Assembly (NCBI GenBank): GCA_037130135.1
Contig: JBAXTO010000003.1
Span: forward strand, 36,090 to 100,089
Direction: 5' to 3'
DNA from: Bacteroidota bacterium
GTDB taxonomy: Bacteria; Bacteroidota; Bacteroidia; Chitinophagales; CAMDFR01
DNA length: 64,000 bases
Below are positions 44,686 through 53,381 of this stretch, piece by piece. The notes below the pieces were generated by a model, which was given only the letters and a program-made list of their open reading frames with translations, searched no databases and had not been told where the DNA came from. Each line of letters begins with the position of its first letter. Position 1 is the stretch's first letter. The translations under genes were made by a program, and so were the position numbers.

Positions 44686-44773
44686 TTGGCAGTAGTACCA
44701 GCCACTGATTATTTGGCTGTACTCCAGAAAGCCCGGTCTTGTCATGTCCTCAGGGCGAGACAAGAATTGCCAA
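44686..44773 (+). ncRNA. Candidate structured RNA of unknown class; strand uncertain
   Basis: A GC-rich island in AT-rich intergenic DNA. Closing helix TTGGCA (44686-91) / TGCCAA (44768-73). Hairpin GTACCAGCC (44695-703) / GGCTGTAC (44715-22). Hairpin TCTTGTC (44737-43) / GACAAGA (44759-65), whose loop GGGC (44753-56) can pair with the upstream GCCC (44731-34). Confidence 0.3.
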
Positions 44774-44794
44774 AATAAATCAATAATTTTTTTT

Positions 44795-44826
44795 AAAATA
44801 AAAAAGCCCCAAGTAAACTTGAGGCT
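44795..44826 (-). terminator. Intrinsic terminator after tRNA-Glu
   Basis: Minus-strand stem AGCCUCAAG-UUUA-CUUGGGGCU (one U-G pair) followed by UUUUUAUUUU. Confidence 0.7.
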
Positions 44827-44839
44827 TTTATCGCGTGTG

Positions 44840-44911
44840 TGACCCGTAGGGGATTCGAACCCCTATTTCATCCGTGAAAGGGACGTGTCCTAACCCTTAG
44901 ACGAACAGGCC
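44840..44911 (-). tRNA. tRNA-Glu (anticodon TTC)
   Basis: The reverse complement reads GGCCTGTTCGTCTAAGGGTTAGGACACGTCCCTTTCACGGATGAAATAGGGGTTCGAATCCCCTACGGGTCA. It closely parallels bacterial tRNA-Glu (GTCTA...AGGACA...CTTTCAC...GGGGTTCGAATCCCC). Confidence 0.9.
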
Positions 44912-44929
44912 ATTTCCTAAAAAGGAGTG

Positions 44930-44937
44930 CAAATATA
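44930..44937 (-). promoter_or_regulatory. -7 promoter box (TATATTTG) for tRNA-Glu
   Basis: Matches TAnnTTTG on the minus strand, 18 nt upstream of the tRNA 5' end. Confidence 0.5.
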
Positions 44938-45032
44938 CGTACTTTTTATCATCGATGTCAATAATTTGTTAATTTTTTTTATTAAAATTTAATTTACCCC
45001 TATAAATCATTGTCACAGAGCCTCAGAATACG

Positions 45033-45040
45033 TACCTTTG
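45033..45040 (+). promoter_or_regulatory. -7 promoter box (TACCTTTG) for gap, with a TTG -33 element at 45010-45012
   Basis: Matches TAnnTTTG. The TTG lies 20 nt upstream and the ATG 41 nt downstream. Confidence 0.55.
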
Positions 45041-45048
45041 CACCCTAA

Positions 45049-46086
<1,038 letters not shown>

Positions 46087-46115
46087 TAGTTTTAAATGAA
46101 GAATTTTTAATGATG

Positions 46116-46152
46116 AATGTTGAGTGTAGGATGAATTTCTAAACTCAACATT
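46116..46152 (+). terminator. Hairpin between gap and pgk (weak terminator or attenuator)
   Basis: 10-bp stem AATGTTGAGT / ACTCAACATT with a 17-nt loop and only a weak T-rich tail. Confidence 0.35.
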
Positions 46153-46179
46153 TATCATTTATAATATAAAAAAAGCAAG

Positions 46180-47373
46180 ATGATAAATATAGATAATTAT
46201 AATTTCAAAGGCCAGAAAGCATTGATACGTGTCGATTTCAATGTGCCTATGGATAAAGATTTTAAGGTGACTGATGACAGTCGTATCACGGCTGCCATTC
46301 CGACTATTCAAAAGGTTTTAAATGATGGTGGCGCGGTGATTTTAATGACACATTTTGGTCGACCTAAAAACGGACCAGAAGATAAATATTCAACCAAACA
46401 TTTATTGCCAACGCTAAATAAACTCTTAGGTTTAGAAGTAAAATTTACGCCTAATTGTGTAGAAGCAGAAGCGGTTTTAGCTTGTGGTACGCTTGAAATG
46501 GGACAGGTATTGATGTTGGAAAATACGCGTTTCAATCCGGAAGAAGAAGCAGGTGATAAAGTATTTGCAGAATTATTAGGGGAATTGGGGGATGTATATA
46601 TCAATGATGCATTTGGTACGGCACATAGAGCACATGCCTCAACAGCTATTGTAGCAGATCATTTTGATGAGATGCATAAAATGTTTGGTTATTGTATGCA
46701 AGGCGAAGTGAGTGCAGCAGAAAAAGTAATGAAAGATGCAGAACGACCATTCACCGCTATTTTAGGAGGTGCTAAAGTGTCGGATAAAATTTTAATCATC
46801 GAAAATTTATTGAATGTAGCCAATAATATTATTATTGGTGGTGGTATGGCGTATACCTTCTTTAAAGCCATGGGAGGTAATATTGGAAGCTCTTTATGCG
46901 AAAATGACAAATTAGATTTAGCCAAATCTTTATTGGAAAAAGCAAAAGCAAAAAATGTACAAATCTATTTACCGGTTGATTCTATCGTTGCTGATAAATT
47001 TGATGCGGCAGCCAATACGCAATTAGCTGACAATAAAAGCATCCCTGATGGCTGGATGGGATTAGATATTGGCGAACAAGCCATCGTTGATTTTTGCAAG
47101 GTTATAAGTGAATCGAAGACGATTTTGTGGAATGGCCCAATGGGAGTTTTTGAAATGGATAAGTTTAGTAATGGCACCAAACAAATTGCTTTAGCTATTG
47201 CAGAGGCTACTTCAAAAGGCACATACTCTTTAATTGGCGGTGGCGATAGCGTTGCAGCGATTCATAAATTTAATTTAGCTGATCAGGTAAGTTATGTAAG
47301 TACCGGTGGTGGTGCGATGCTTGAATTTTTTGAAGGCAAAGAATTACCGGGTATTAAAGCGATACGAGGATAA
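46180..47373 (+). CDS. pgk: Phosphoglycerate kinase
   Basis: RVDFNVP, NDAFGTAHRAHAST, STGGGAMLEFFEGKELPG. Confidence 0.95.
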   Translation: MINIDNYNFKGQKALIRVDFNVPMDKDFKVTDDSRITAAIPTIQKVLNDGGAVILMTHFGRPKNGPEDKYSTKHLLPTLNKLLGLEVKFTPNCVEAEAVLACGTLEMGQVLMLENTRFNPEEEAGDKVFAELLGELGDVYINDAFGTAHRAHASTAIVADHFDEMHKMFGYCMQGEVSAAEKVMKDAERPFTAILGGAKVSDKILIIENLLNVANNIIIGGGMAYTFFKAMGGNIGSSLCENDKLDLAKSLLEKAKAKNVQIYLPVDSIVADKFDAAANTQLADNKSIPDGWMGLDIGEQAIVDFCKVISESKTILWNGPMGVFEMDKFSNGTKQIALAIAEATSKGTYSLIGGGDSVAAIHKFNLADQVSYVSTGGGAMLEFFEGKELPGIKAIRG

Positions 47374-47381
47374 TTTTATTC

Positions 47382-47660
47382 AATTACGAATTACAAATTA
47401 CGAATTGTGGATTAAGAATTAATTACGCTAAAGCGTTAATTAATTACGAATTACGAATTACAAATTACGATTTATGGTTAAGTATACCAAGTCGTTAAAC
47501 ATTAAAAATTCGTAATTTGAAATTCGTGATTAATAAAGTCCTTTTAATAGTGTCAAAATTACATACTAACAATACGAAGGAGTATTAGAATTAAAAATTG
47601 ATATCCCAAAGTACCGAACGTTCGGTATGAGACCTCATTCGTAATCTGTAATTCGTAATT
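47382..47660. repeat. Mosaic intergenic repeat cluster: AATTACG/AATTCGT 7-nt arrays in both orientations plus palindrome modules
   Basis: Arrays at 47382-47406 and 47442-47470 (AATTACG orientation) and at 47507-47531 and 47637-47660 (AATTCGT orientation). Imperfect palindrome AATTACGCTAAAGCGTTAATT (47421-41). Perfect 16-nt palindrome TACCGAACGTTCGGTA (47612-27). Confidence 0.9.
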
Positions 47661-47663
47661 TTT

Positions 47664-47897
47664 TTATTGTAACTGTGCTTTCTTCGATTTCTTTTTATGC
47701 CACCACCATATCATACCGACAGTGAACACTAAAAAGTAGGGTGCTACTAATAAATAAATGATGCCTCTGTTGATACTCAATAAATCTTTCGCTCCAGCAT
47801 TGACACTGGTTTCAGCATTGGCTTTACACATCGCACATTGTGCATAGGTCGCTACTTGTATTCCTACTAATACGACTGAAAAAATATACTTTTTCAT
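47664..47897 (-). CDS. Small hypothetical protein: signal peptide, CAMC motif, C-terminal TM helix and a basic tail
   Basis: The preferred start is the ATG at 47897 (MKKYIFSVVLVGIQVATYAQCAMCK...), 19 nt downstream of a TATCTTTG box. The track's longer start at 47942 would run into the repeat region. Confidence 0.45.
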   Translation of the reverse strand: MKKYIFSVVLVGIQVATYAQCAMCKANAETSVNAGAKDLLSINRGIIYLLVAPYFLVFTVGMIWWWHKKKSKKAQLQ

Positions 47898-47916
47898 ATG
47901 CCTGTATTTTATAGTA

Positions 47917-47924
47917 CAAAGATA
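47917..47924 (-). promoter_or_regulatory. -7 promoter box (TATCTTTG) for the small CAMC protein gene
   Basis: Matches TAnnTTTG on the minus strand, 19 nt upstream of the ATG at 47897. Confidence 0.5.
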
Positions 47925-47933
47925 GTACTTATT

Positions 47934-48041
47934 AAAGTTCAAAGTTTAAAGTTTAAAGTTTTGAGCCTGCCTGTCGGCAGACAGGTTTAAAGTACAGAGT
48001 ATTCTTAATTCTTAATTCTTTCACGCCTTGGCGTGACGTAA
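47934..48041. repeat. Mosaic intergenic repeat: AGTTTAA array, TTTTGAG, hairpin CCTGTC-GGCA-GACAGG, ATTCTTA array, hairpin TCACGCC-TT-GGCGTGA
   Basis: AAAGTTCAAAGTTTAAAGTTTAAAGTTTTGAGCCTGCCTGTCGGCAGACAGGTTTAAAGTACAGAGTATTCTTAATTCTTAATTCTTTCACGCCTTGGCGTGACGTAATT. The same modules occur in the same order as the 52165-52342 copy. Confidence 0.9.
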
Positions 48042-49328
48042 TTAATAGTACGCGTGATCACTCTTCGTTTCCGCATACTTTTTCTCTTCCTGCTTTTTCA
48101 CGATGCCTAATAACATCTTTTTAAATCCTGGAACATCCTTCATTTTCGGATTCTCACCATGTTTTTTAAATCGATCGAAGAATCCAATGGTAGCCATTAC
48201 AGCAAATAACGCACAGGTATTATGATCTAACTGTGGACTTAAATTATTCAACTTAATATCTTTCTTTCCATTTTTAGTCATCTCTTCATACACCTTCTCC
48301 GAATTTTTGTATGACACTTCTCTGTCGCCCTGACAATAACACAATTGAACAGGCGCTTTGGGCATCCAGTCATATAAATTATTATCTTGTAATCGTGCTT
48401 TAAATGCAAAGTTTGGATCATTCAAAAACAAATTAATGAATGTATCTCTCACTACATCTTTAGGTACTTTCGGTAAAATATTATTCAAGTCCCATAAACC
48501 ATGTAAACGTTCTCCTTCAAAATAAAATGGCAAAATAGAATCATAAGGTGCTTTAAATATCGAATAAATATTATTTGTATTCACTACGTGATATGCTTCT
48601 TGATACGACACTAATAAATAGGGTAAATAAAATGGTCGTGGATAGACTTGAAACATAAATTTCGCTTGATCTCCATTCATGTCATAGGCACCACTCATAG
48701 GCGAACTAGCCGTTACCTTGAAACGAGGATCATTCAATTGCTCTAAATATTTATGTGCAGCAAATGATGCATGTCCTCCTTGCGAATAGCCCGTCAAAAA
48801 CAATTGACCATTGGTGGTGACACCAATTTTTTTATTCAACTCATCAATCGCATATAACATATAAATTATCGCATTGGCTTCCGATTCGGCATGCTGATAG
48901 ATATGATTCCCATCCCCTGCTCCTATTCCAAAATAATCGGGATATAAGGCATTATAGCCATTCGTTGCCGAACCTAAGGCAATTCCTTGTTGTGCATCTT
49001 TATCAGAAATCTGTCTTCCTTTATGTATTTCAGTCCCATGACAAAAAACTAAATAAGGAGATTTTTCTTTGGTTTTTGGTACATAATAAATCCCGGATGC
49101 TTTTCTCATCGTGCCATCTACAAACTTCCCATAATAAGTGATTTCATATATATCTACATCGTATTTTACAGGCACAATAATACGTGGCAACTTATTGCTT
49201 TTCCATAAAGCTTTCAGTGTTTTCTTAGTATGTGTTTTTACTAAATTGTACGAAATTAGATATTGATCTGCGGCTTGTACATGGCTCATAATTACTACCG
49301 ACATGAGTAGTAGGAGGATTCGTTTCAT
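48042..49328 (-). CDS. Secreted lipase-like alpha/beta hydrolase (paralog of 20596..22044, without a T9SS CTD)
   Basis: Signal peptide. GYSQGGHAS elbow, SSPMSGAYDM, CQGDREV and LDHNTC align with the paralog motifs GYSQGGHAS, SAPMSGAYDM, CTADRQV and LDHQEC. Confidence 0.7.
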   Translation of the reverse strand: MKRILLLLMSVVIMSHVQAADQYLISYNLVKTHTKKTLKALWKSNKLPRIIVPVKYDVDIYEITYYGKFVDGTMRKASGIYYVPKTKEKSPYLVFCHGTEIHKGRQISDKDAQQGIALGSATNGYNALYPDYFGIGAGDGNHIYQHAESEANAIIYMLYAIDELNKKIGVTTNGQLFLTGYSQGGHASFAAHKYLEQLNDPRFKVTASSPMSGAYDMNGDQAKFMFQVYPRPFYLPYLLVSYQEAYHVVNTNNIYSIFKAPYDSILPFYFEGERLHGLWDLNNILPKVPKDVVRDTFINLFLNDPNFAFKARLQDNNLYDWMPKAPVQLCYCQGDREVSYKNSEKVYEEMTKNGKKDIKLNNLSPQLDHNTCALFAVMATIGFFDRFKKHGENPKMKDVPGFKKMLLGIVKKQEEKKYAETKSDHAYY

Positions 49329-49391
49329 TCTATCGTTTTAATAAGTTGAAAAAAAAGGGTTTTCAAATCTACAACAATAGAACGAATTGCG

Positions 49392-50396
49392 TTATAGTTG
49401 CGAAAAATATTTTTTATTCCAAAGAAAATACTGCAGTACAATGCTTTTCGAATAGCTTGAAACTGCTACTTTTCTTATCGCCTTACGTTTCTGTAGTAGA
49501 CTTGGTAGTGCTGCATAAAAATGAAAATGGGCTTTTAGTATCGCTTGTACATCCGCTATATTTCGCTTGATGAATAATGCTTGCACCCCAGCTAAACCAT
49601 CCAATAACATACGAACAAAAATTTTAAATGGCATAACACTCCCTGCTTCGTTTTTAAACATCATAAATAAATTATTACGGAAGTTCAAGTAGGTTTTACG
49701 CGGATTGCCTTGGGGCAAAGTACCACCGCCCACATGATAAACCGTACTAGTGGCTATGCAATATATTTTATACCCCAGCATGCGCACACGCCAACATAAA
49801 TCAATCTCTTCCATATGTGCAAAGAAATCATCATCCAGTTTACCAGCTTGTTCAAAGACTTCTTTACGAATAAACAGACAGGCCCCGCTTGCCCAATGAC
49901 ATTCGATATTAGAGGAGTATTGATTCGTATCTTTTTCAACGGTATCGAATATTCTTCCTCTACAAAAGGGATAGCCTAAATAATCGATAAAGCCTCCTGC
50001 AGCGCCTGCATATTCAAACGATTCAGGCGAATGAAAGGCTTTTATAATCGGTTGAACGGCACCAACCTCCTTATGTGTATCCATATACGAAACCAAAGGT
50101 TCCAGCCAGTTCTCACTTAAAGCTACATCGCTATTAAGTAATACATAATATTGGGCATTAATCTGTGCTAAAGCCTGATTATAACCACCCGCATACCCAT
50201 AATTTTTTGCTAATGCTATCAGTTGGATTGTTGGATATTGTTGTTGCATAAAGTCTCTGGAATCATCCGTAGAAGCATTATCGGCCACAACCACTTCACA
50301 CCAATCAAATGCACAATGCTGCAATACATTGGGTAAAAACTGTTCGAGCCATTTTTTACCATTATAATTGAGAATAACTATAGAAACTTTTTTCAC
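49392..50396 (-). CDS. Family 2 glycosyltransferase
   Basis: VSIVILNYNG start, DNASTDDS, LNSD (DxD-like) and a GGxxxxRKEVF-type segment. GTG start. Confidence 0.8.
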   Translation of the reverse strand: MKKVSIVILNYNGKKWLEQFLPNVLQHCAFDWCEVVVADNASTDDSRDFMQQQYPTIQLIALAKNYGYAGGYNQALAQINAQYYVLLNSDVALSENWLEPLVSYMDTHKEVGAVQPIIKAFHSPESFEYAGAAGGFIDYLGYPFCRGRIFDTVEKDTNQYSSNIECHWASGACLFIRKEVFEQAGKLDDDFFAHMEEIDLCWRVRMLGYKIYCIATSTVYHVGGGTLPQGNPRKTYLNFRNNLFMMFKNEAGSVMPFKIFVRMLLDGLAGVQALFIKRNIADVQAILKAHFHFYAALPSLLQKRKAIRKVAVSSYSKSIVLQYFLWNKKYFSQL

Positions 50397-50400
50397 TCAA

Positions 50401-50408
50401 CAAAGATA
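50401..50408 (-). promoter_or_regulatory. -7 promoter-like box (TATCTTTG) only 4 nt upstream of the GT2 GTG start
   Basis: Matches TAnnTTTG on the minus strand. Same 4-nt spacing as at yggS. Confidence 0.35.
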
Positions 50409-50482
50409 AAAGGAATAAAATGAAAATGAATTGTGGTCTCGATGAAATGAATTATTGCATCTTATCATACAAGCAAGTAAAA

Positions 50483-51541
50483 TTATATGCTATTTACATA
50501 CCATTTCTTCCTAAACCAAAACGCCAATTTCACCAATAAAATCAAAGCGGGTACTTCTACCAAGGGACCGATAACACCTGCGAATGCTTGTCCTGAATTC
50601 ATTCCAAATAAACCTACGGCAACGGCAATAGCCAATTCGAAATTATTGCCTGTAGCGGTAAAAGATATAGCGGTATTGGTAGGATAATCAGCTCCTAATT
50701 TTCGGGCAATTATAAAAGTAACCACAAACATCACGATAAAATATATCACTAAAGGAATGGCTACACGTACTACATCCATTGGTATTTGCACAATCATCTC
50801 GCCTTTCATACTAAACATCAATACAATGGTAAATAATAGTGCGATCAAAGTAATAGGAGAAATGAAAGGAATAAATTTAGTATTAAACCAAGTTTCTCCT
50901 TTCCATTTGATGAGAGCATATCTGCTGATAAAGCCTGCTAGAAAAGGGATGCCTAAATAGATAAAAACGCTTTGTGCAATCTGCCCCATGGTGATAGCTA
51001 CTGATAATGATTTCATTCCTAAAAAAGTTGGAACAATCGTCAAATAAAAATAGGCATAACTCGAATATAATAATACTTGTAAAACACTATTAATACCTAC
51101 TAAACCGGCCAAATACTCTCTATTGCCTTCGGCTAATTCATTCCAAACAATCACCATCGCTATGCAAGGGGCAATTCCTATTAAGATTAATCCAGTGAAA
51201 TAATCGGGATACTCTTTTAAAAATACATAAGCCAATCCAAACATAAATAAGGGTGCTATCACCCAGGTAATAAATAAGGAGAACGCAATCAGTTTTATAT
51301 TTTTAAATAGCGTTGGAATCTTTGCATAATTTACTTTGGCTAAGGGTGGATACATCATTAAAATCAAGCCAATAGCTAAAGGGATATTGGTGGTTCCCTT
51401 GGATAATGAATCGATAGAACTAGTAACTATTGGAAAAAAATATCCGATGGCAACCCCAATAAGCATGGCTGCAAAAATCCATAAGGTTAAATACCTATCT
51501 AAAAAAGTTAATCGTTTGGGTTTGGGTATAGTATGATTCAT
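50483..51541 (-). CDS. acr3: ACR3 family arsenite efflux transporter
   Basis: N-terminus LTFLDRYLTLWIFAAMLIGVAIGYF and 10-TM BART-superfamily architecture. Lies in an ars operon. Confidence 0.85.
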   Translation of the reverse strand: MNHTIPKPKRLTFLDRYLTLWIFAAMLIGVAIGYFFPIVTSSIDSLSKGTTNIPLAIGLILMMYPPLAKVNYAKIPTLFKNIKLIAFSLFITWVIAPLFMFGLAYVFLKEYPDYFTGLILIGIAPCIAMVIVWNELAEGNREYLAGLVGINSVLQVLLYSSYAYFYLTIVPTFLGMKSLSVAITMGQIAQSVFIYLGIPFLAGFISRYALIKWKGETWFNTKFIPFISPITLIALLFTIVLMFSMKGEMIVQIPMDVVRVAIPLVIYFIVMFVVTFIIARKLGADYPTNTAISFTATGNNFELAIAVAVGLFGMNSGQAFAGVIGPLVEVPALILLVKLAFWFRKKWYVNSI

Positions 51542-51542
51542 A

Positions 51543-52160
51543 TTATGATTTGACTAATGAAAATGCGTATAATGTTTCTGTAAGTATTTGTTTAAAGCGA
51601 TCTTGATAGGTTTGTTCTTGTAAGGCCGTGCCATCCGATTTTTTAGGATCTTCATAGGTAGTGCCTATACGTAATGACACCCCGGGTATCAAAGGGCAGT
51701 TTTCATCGGCATCCGAACAAGTCATGATGGCTGCAAAATGTTGTTTCGGATTCACTTCATCCTTATATATTTTCGAAAAACACGTGGTATATAAATCCTC
51801 TCCAAAGGAAACTTTATAAATCGGATTGGCTTGCTCTAATTGGGTTGTACTTATCTCAAAACCTAAAGTGCGTAATGCTTGAATGGCATTGGGATGAAAA
51901 GCAGTGGCTTCTGTCCCACCAGAAAATGTAGATACCTGATTGATATGAAAATAATTCGCCGCCAATGCTCCAGCTATCTGTCCGAAGTGCGAGCGACGAG
52001 AATTATGCGTACAGATATACACTAATTGAATGGGCTCATTCGAGTCTTTTTTCTGTTGAATAAAAGATGCAAGCTCATTCAAAATTTTTTTTCGTTCCAT
52101 ACTGATGGTATCGAATTCTTGAATGAGTGTATCTGCTAATTTCTTTAATCGTATATACAT
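51543..52160 (-). CDS. arsC: Arsenate reductase, LMW-PTPase family (thioredoxin-coupled ArsC type), with an N-terminal extension
   Basis: P-loop CTHNSRRS (CX5R-S), and downstream MTCSDADENCP, which matches the Cys82/Cys89 relay motif of Gram-positive ArsC. Confidence 0.8.
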   Translation of the reverse strand: MYIRLKKLADTLIQEFDTISMERKKILNELASFIQQKKDSNEPIQLVYICTHNSRRSHFGQIAGALAANYFHINQVSTFSGGTEATAFHPNAIQALRTLGFEISTTQLEQANPIYKVSFGEDLYTTCFSKIYKDEVNPKQHFAAIMTCSDADENCPLIPGVSLRIGTTYEDPKKSDGTALQEQTYQDRFKQILTETLYAFSLVKS

Positions 52161-52164
52161 ATAA

Positions 52165-52342
52165 GTTTAAAGTACAAAGTTTAAAGTTTAAAGTTTTGAG
52201 TTTTGAGCCTGCCTGTCGGCAGATATGTTCTTAGTTTAATTCATAATTTTTATCCCGAAGTACCGAACGTTCGGTAAGAGACGTAATTCGTTCACGCCTT
52301 GGCGTGACGTAATTCGTAATTTGTAATTCGTAATTCGTAATT
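52165..52342. repeat. Mosaic repeat cluster inserted inside the ars operon
   Basis: GTTTAAAGT units, TTTTGAG x2, GCCTGCCTGTCGGCAGA, CCCGAAG-TACCGAACGTTCGGTA-AGAGAC, TCACGCCTTGGCGTGA (52292-52307), then the AATTCGT array. It fills the DUF6428-arsC spacer. Confidence 0.9.
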
Positions 52343-52348
52343 GAAAAA

Positions 52349-52819
52349 CTAACAACATCCCCCTCCCGGCGTACAACAAGCTTTATCAGTTTGCAAATCA
52401 CTTAAATTTACTTTCAGCTTATCTGCTGGGATACCACATTTATCTGAAGCTAAACAATTGGTCTGTTTTGATTTCAAAATAAAATCGGTTCCATTAAAAT
52501 CTAAATCAAATCTACCAATCGTATTCATTTGATACTCTACTTCTACCTCTAAATCTCCTAATCCTAGGGTCTTTTCAGAGAGAGCTATAATGTTTAATAA
52601 TTTTTGTGGAGCTAAACGATGATCAAAATCATTAGCCTCCCACAATTGAAAATTGGCTACTTGCTCTGTACGTACCGTTCCACCGCAATCGATAAAATGC
52701 TTGGTAACCATACCGACTTCCGTCACATGAAAATGTACCGGTACTTTGCTTCCATCTTCTAATTTAAAATGTAAATGTTCTACTTGACTTAATGTATTTT
52801 TTACTGCGGATAATTTCAT
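52349..52819 (-). CDS. DUF6428-like ars-operon protein with a C-terminal Cys cluster
   Basis: 156 aa. Sits between arsR and arsC. The HFHVTEVG motif is recalled from the DUF6428 family. The C-terminal tail DKACCTPGGGCC has two vicinal Cys pairs. Confidence 0.5.
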   Translation of the reverse strand: MKLSAVKNTLSQVEHLHFKLEDGSKVPVHFHVTEVGMVTKHFIDCGGTVRTEQVANFQLWEANDFDHRLAPQKLLNIIALSEKTLGLGDLEVEVEYQMNTIGRFDLDFNGTDFILKSKQTNCLASDKCGIPADKLKVNLSDLQTDKACCTPGGGCC

Positions 52820-52865
52820 GATGTATAAATTTTAATAAATGAATGAATATAAATAAGCTGCTTTT

Positions 52866-53198
52866 CTAACAACAAGCATTTTTTTGTTTTTCTAATTGAG
52901 TGTGTATTTTGGAGAAATACTGATTTAATTGTGCCATTACTTTTTCGTCTAAGCAATAACAAATGGCAGTACCTTCAATATTCCCTTTGATGATTCCTGC
53001 ATTTTTCAATTCACGTAAATGTTGCGATACTGTAGGTTGTGCGAGTGGCAATTCATTCACTATATCGACACATATACAAGCTTGTACTTTCAATAAATGT
53101 TCGATTATCGCAATACGTGCAGGATGTGCAATTGCTTTTAATAAAATCGCTAATTGATTTTGTTTGGCTGTAAAATGCTCTGTTTTTGTTGCTCCCAT
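52866..53198 (-). CDS. arsR: ArsR/SmtB family metalloregulator
   Basis: wHTH region LAQPTVSQHLRELKNAGII, CIC metal-site motif (KVQACICVDIV) and a C-terminal NACC. The preferred start is the ATG at 53198 (MGATKTEHF...); the track's TTG at 53219 lies inside the palindrome. Confidence 0.85.
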   Translation of the reverse strand: MGATKTEHFTAKQNQLAILLKAIAHPARIAIIEHLLKVQACICVDIVNELPLAQPTVSQHLRELKNAGIIKGNIEGTAICYCLDEKVMAQLNQYFSKIHTQLEKQKNACC

Positions 53199-53204
53199 TG
53201 TTTG

Positions 53205-53228
53205 ATTATAATATTGCAATATTACAAT
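53205..53228. promoter_or_regulatory. Candidate ArsR operator: 24-bp near-perfect palindrome
   Basis: ATTATAATATTGCAATATTACAAT is symmetric at 22 of 24 positions, is centred on TTGCAA, and lies 6 nt upstream of the arsR ATG. Confidence 0.45.
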
Positions 53229-53307
53229 CTTTATAAGATATAAAAAAATATAGTTTGTTAAAAAGATAATTTAGAGGGCTTTTAAGGTTTCAGAAAGTAA
53301 ATTAGTC

Positions 53308-53327
53308 CCTGCGGGGTCTTCCGCAGG
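53308..53327 (-). terminator. GC-rich hairpin downstream of the 453-aa T9SS gene
   Basis: CCTGCGG-GGTCTT-CCGCAGG. The U-tail on the minus strand is weak, so it may instead be another hairpin repeat module. Confidence 0.35.
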
Positions 53328-53381
53328 AGAGACCGTAGCTTCTTTAAAATATAGTAAATGAATTATTTTCAATCAACAAAT

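Noticed and set aside
44560-44780. RNase P RNA, SRP RNA, tmRNA or cobalamin riboswitch identity for the structured island. CCAGAAAGCCCGGTC resembles the RNase P P4 3' strand, and GCCACTG resembles part of a B12 box.
   Set aside because: The obligatory partners are absent in the surrounding 400 nt on either strand. I found no GAGGAAAGTCCGG for RNase P, no GGAAGCAGCC or GNAR-loop context for SRP, no tRNA-like end for tmRNA, and no AGGGAA...GGTGAAA core for cobalamin.
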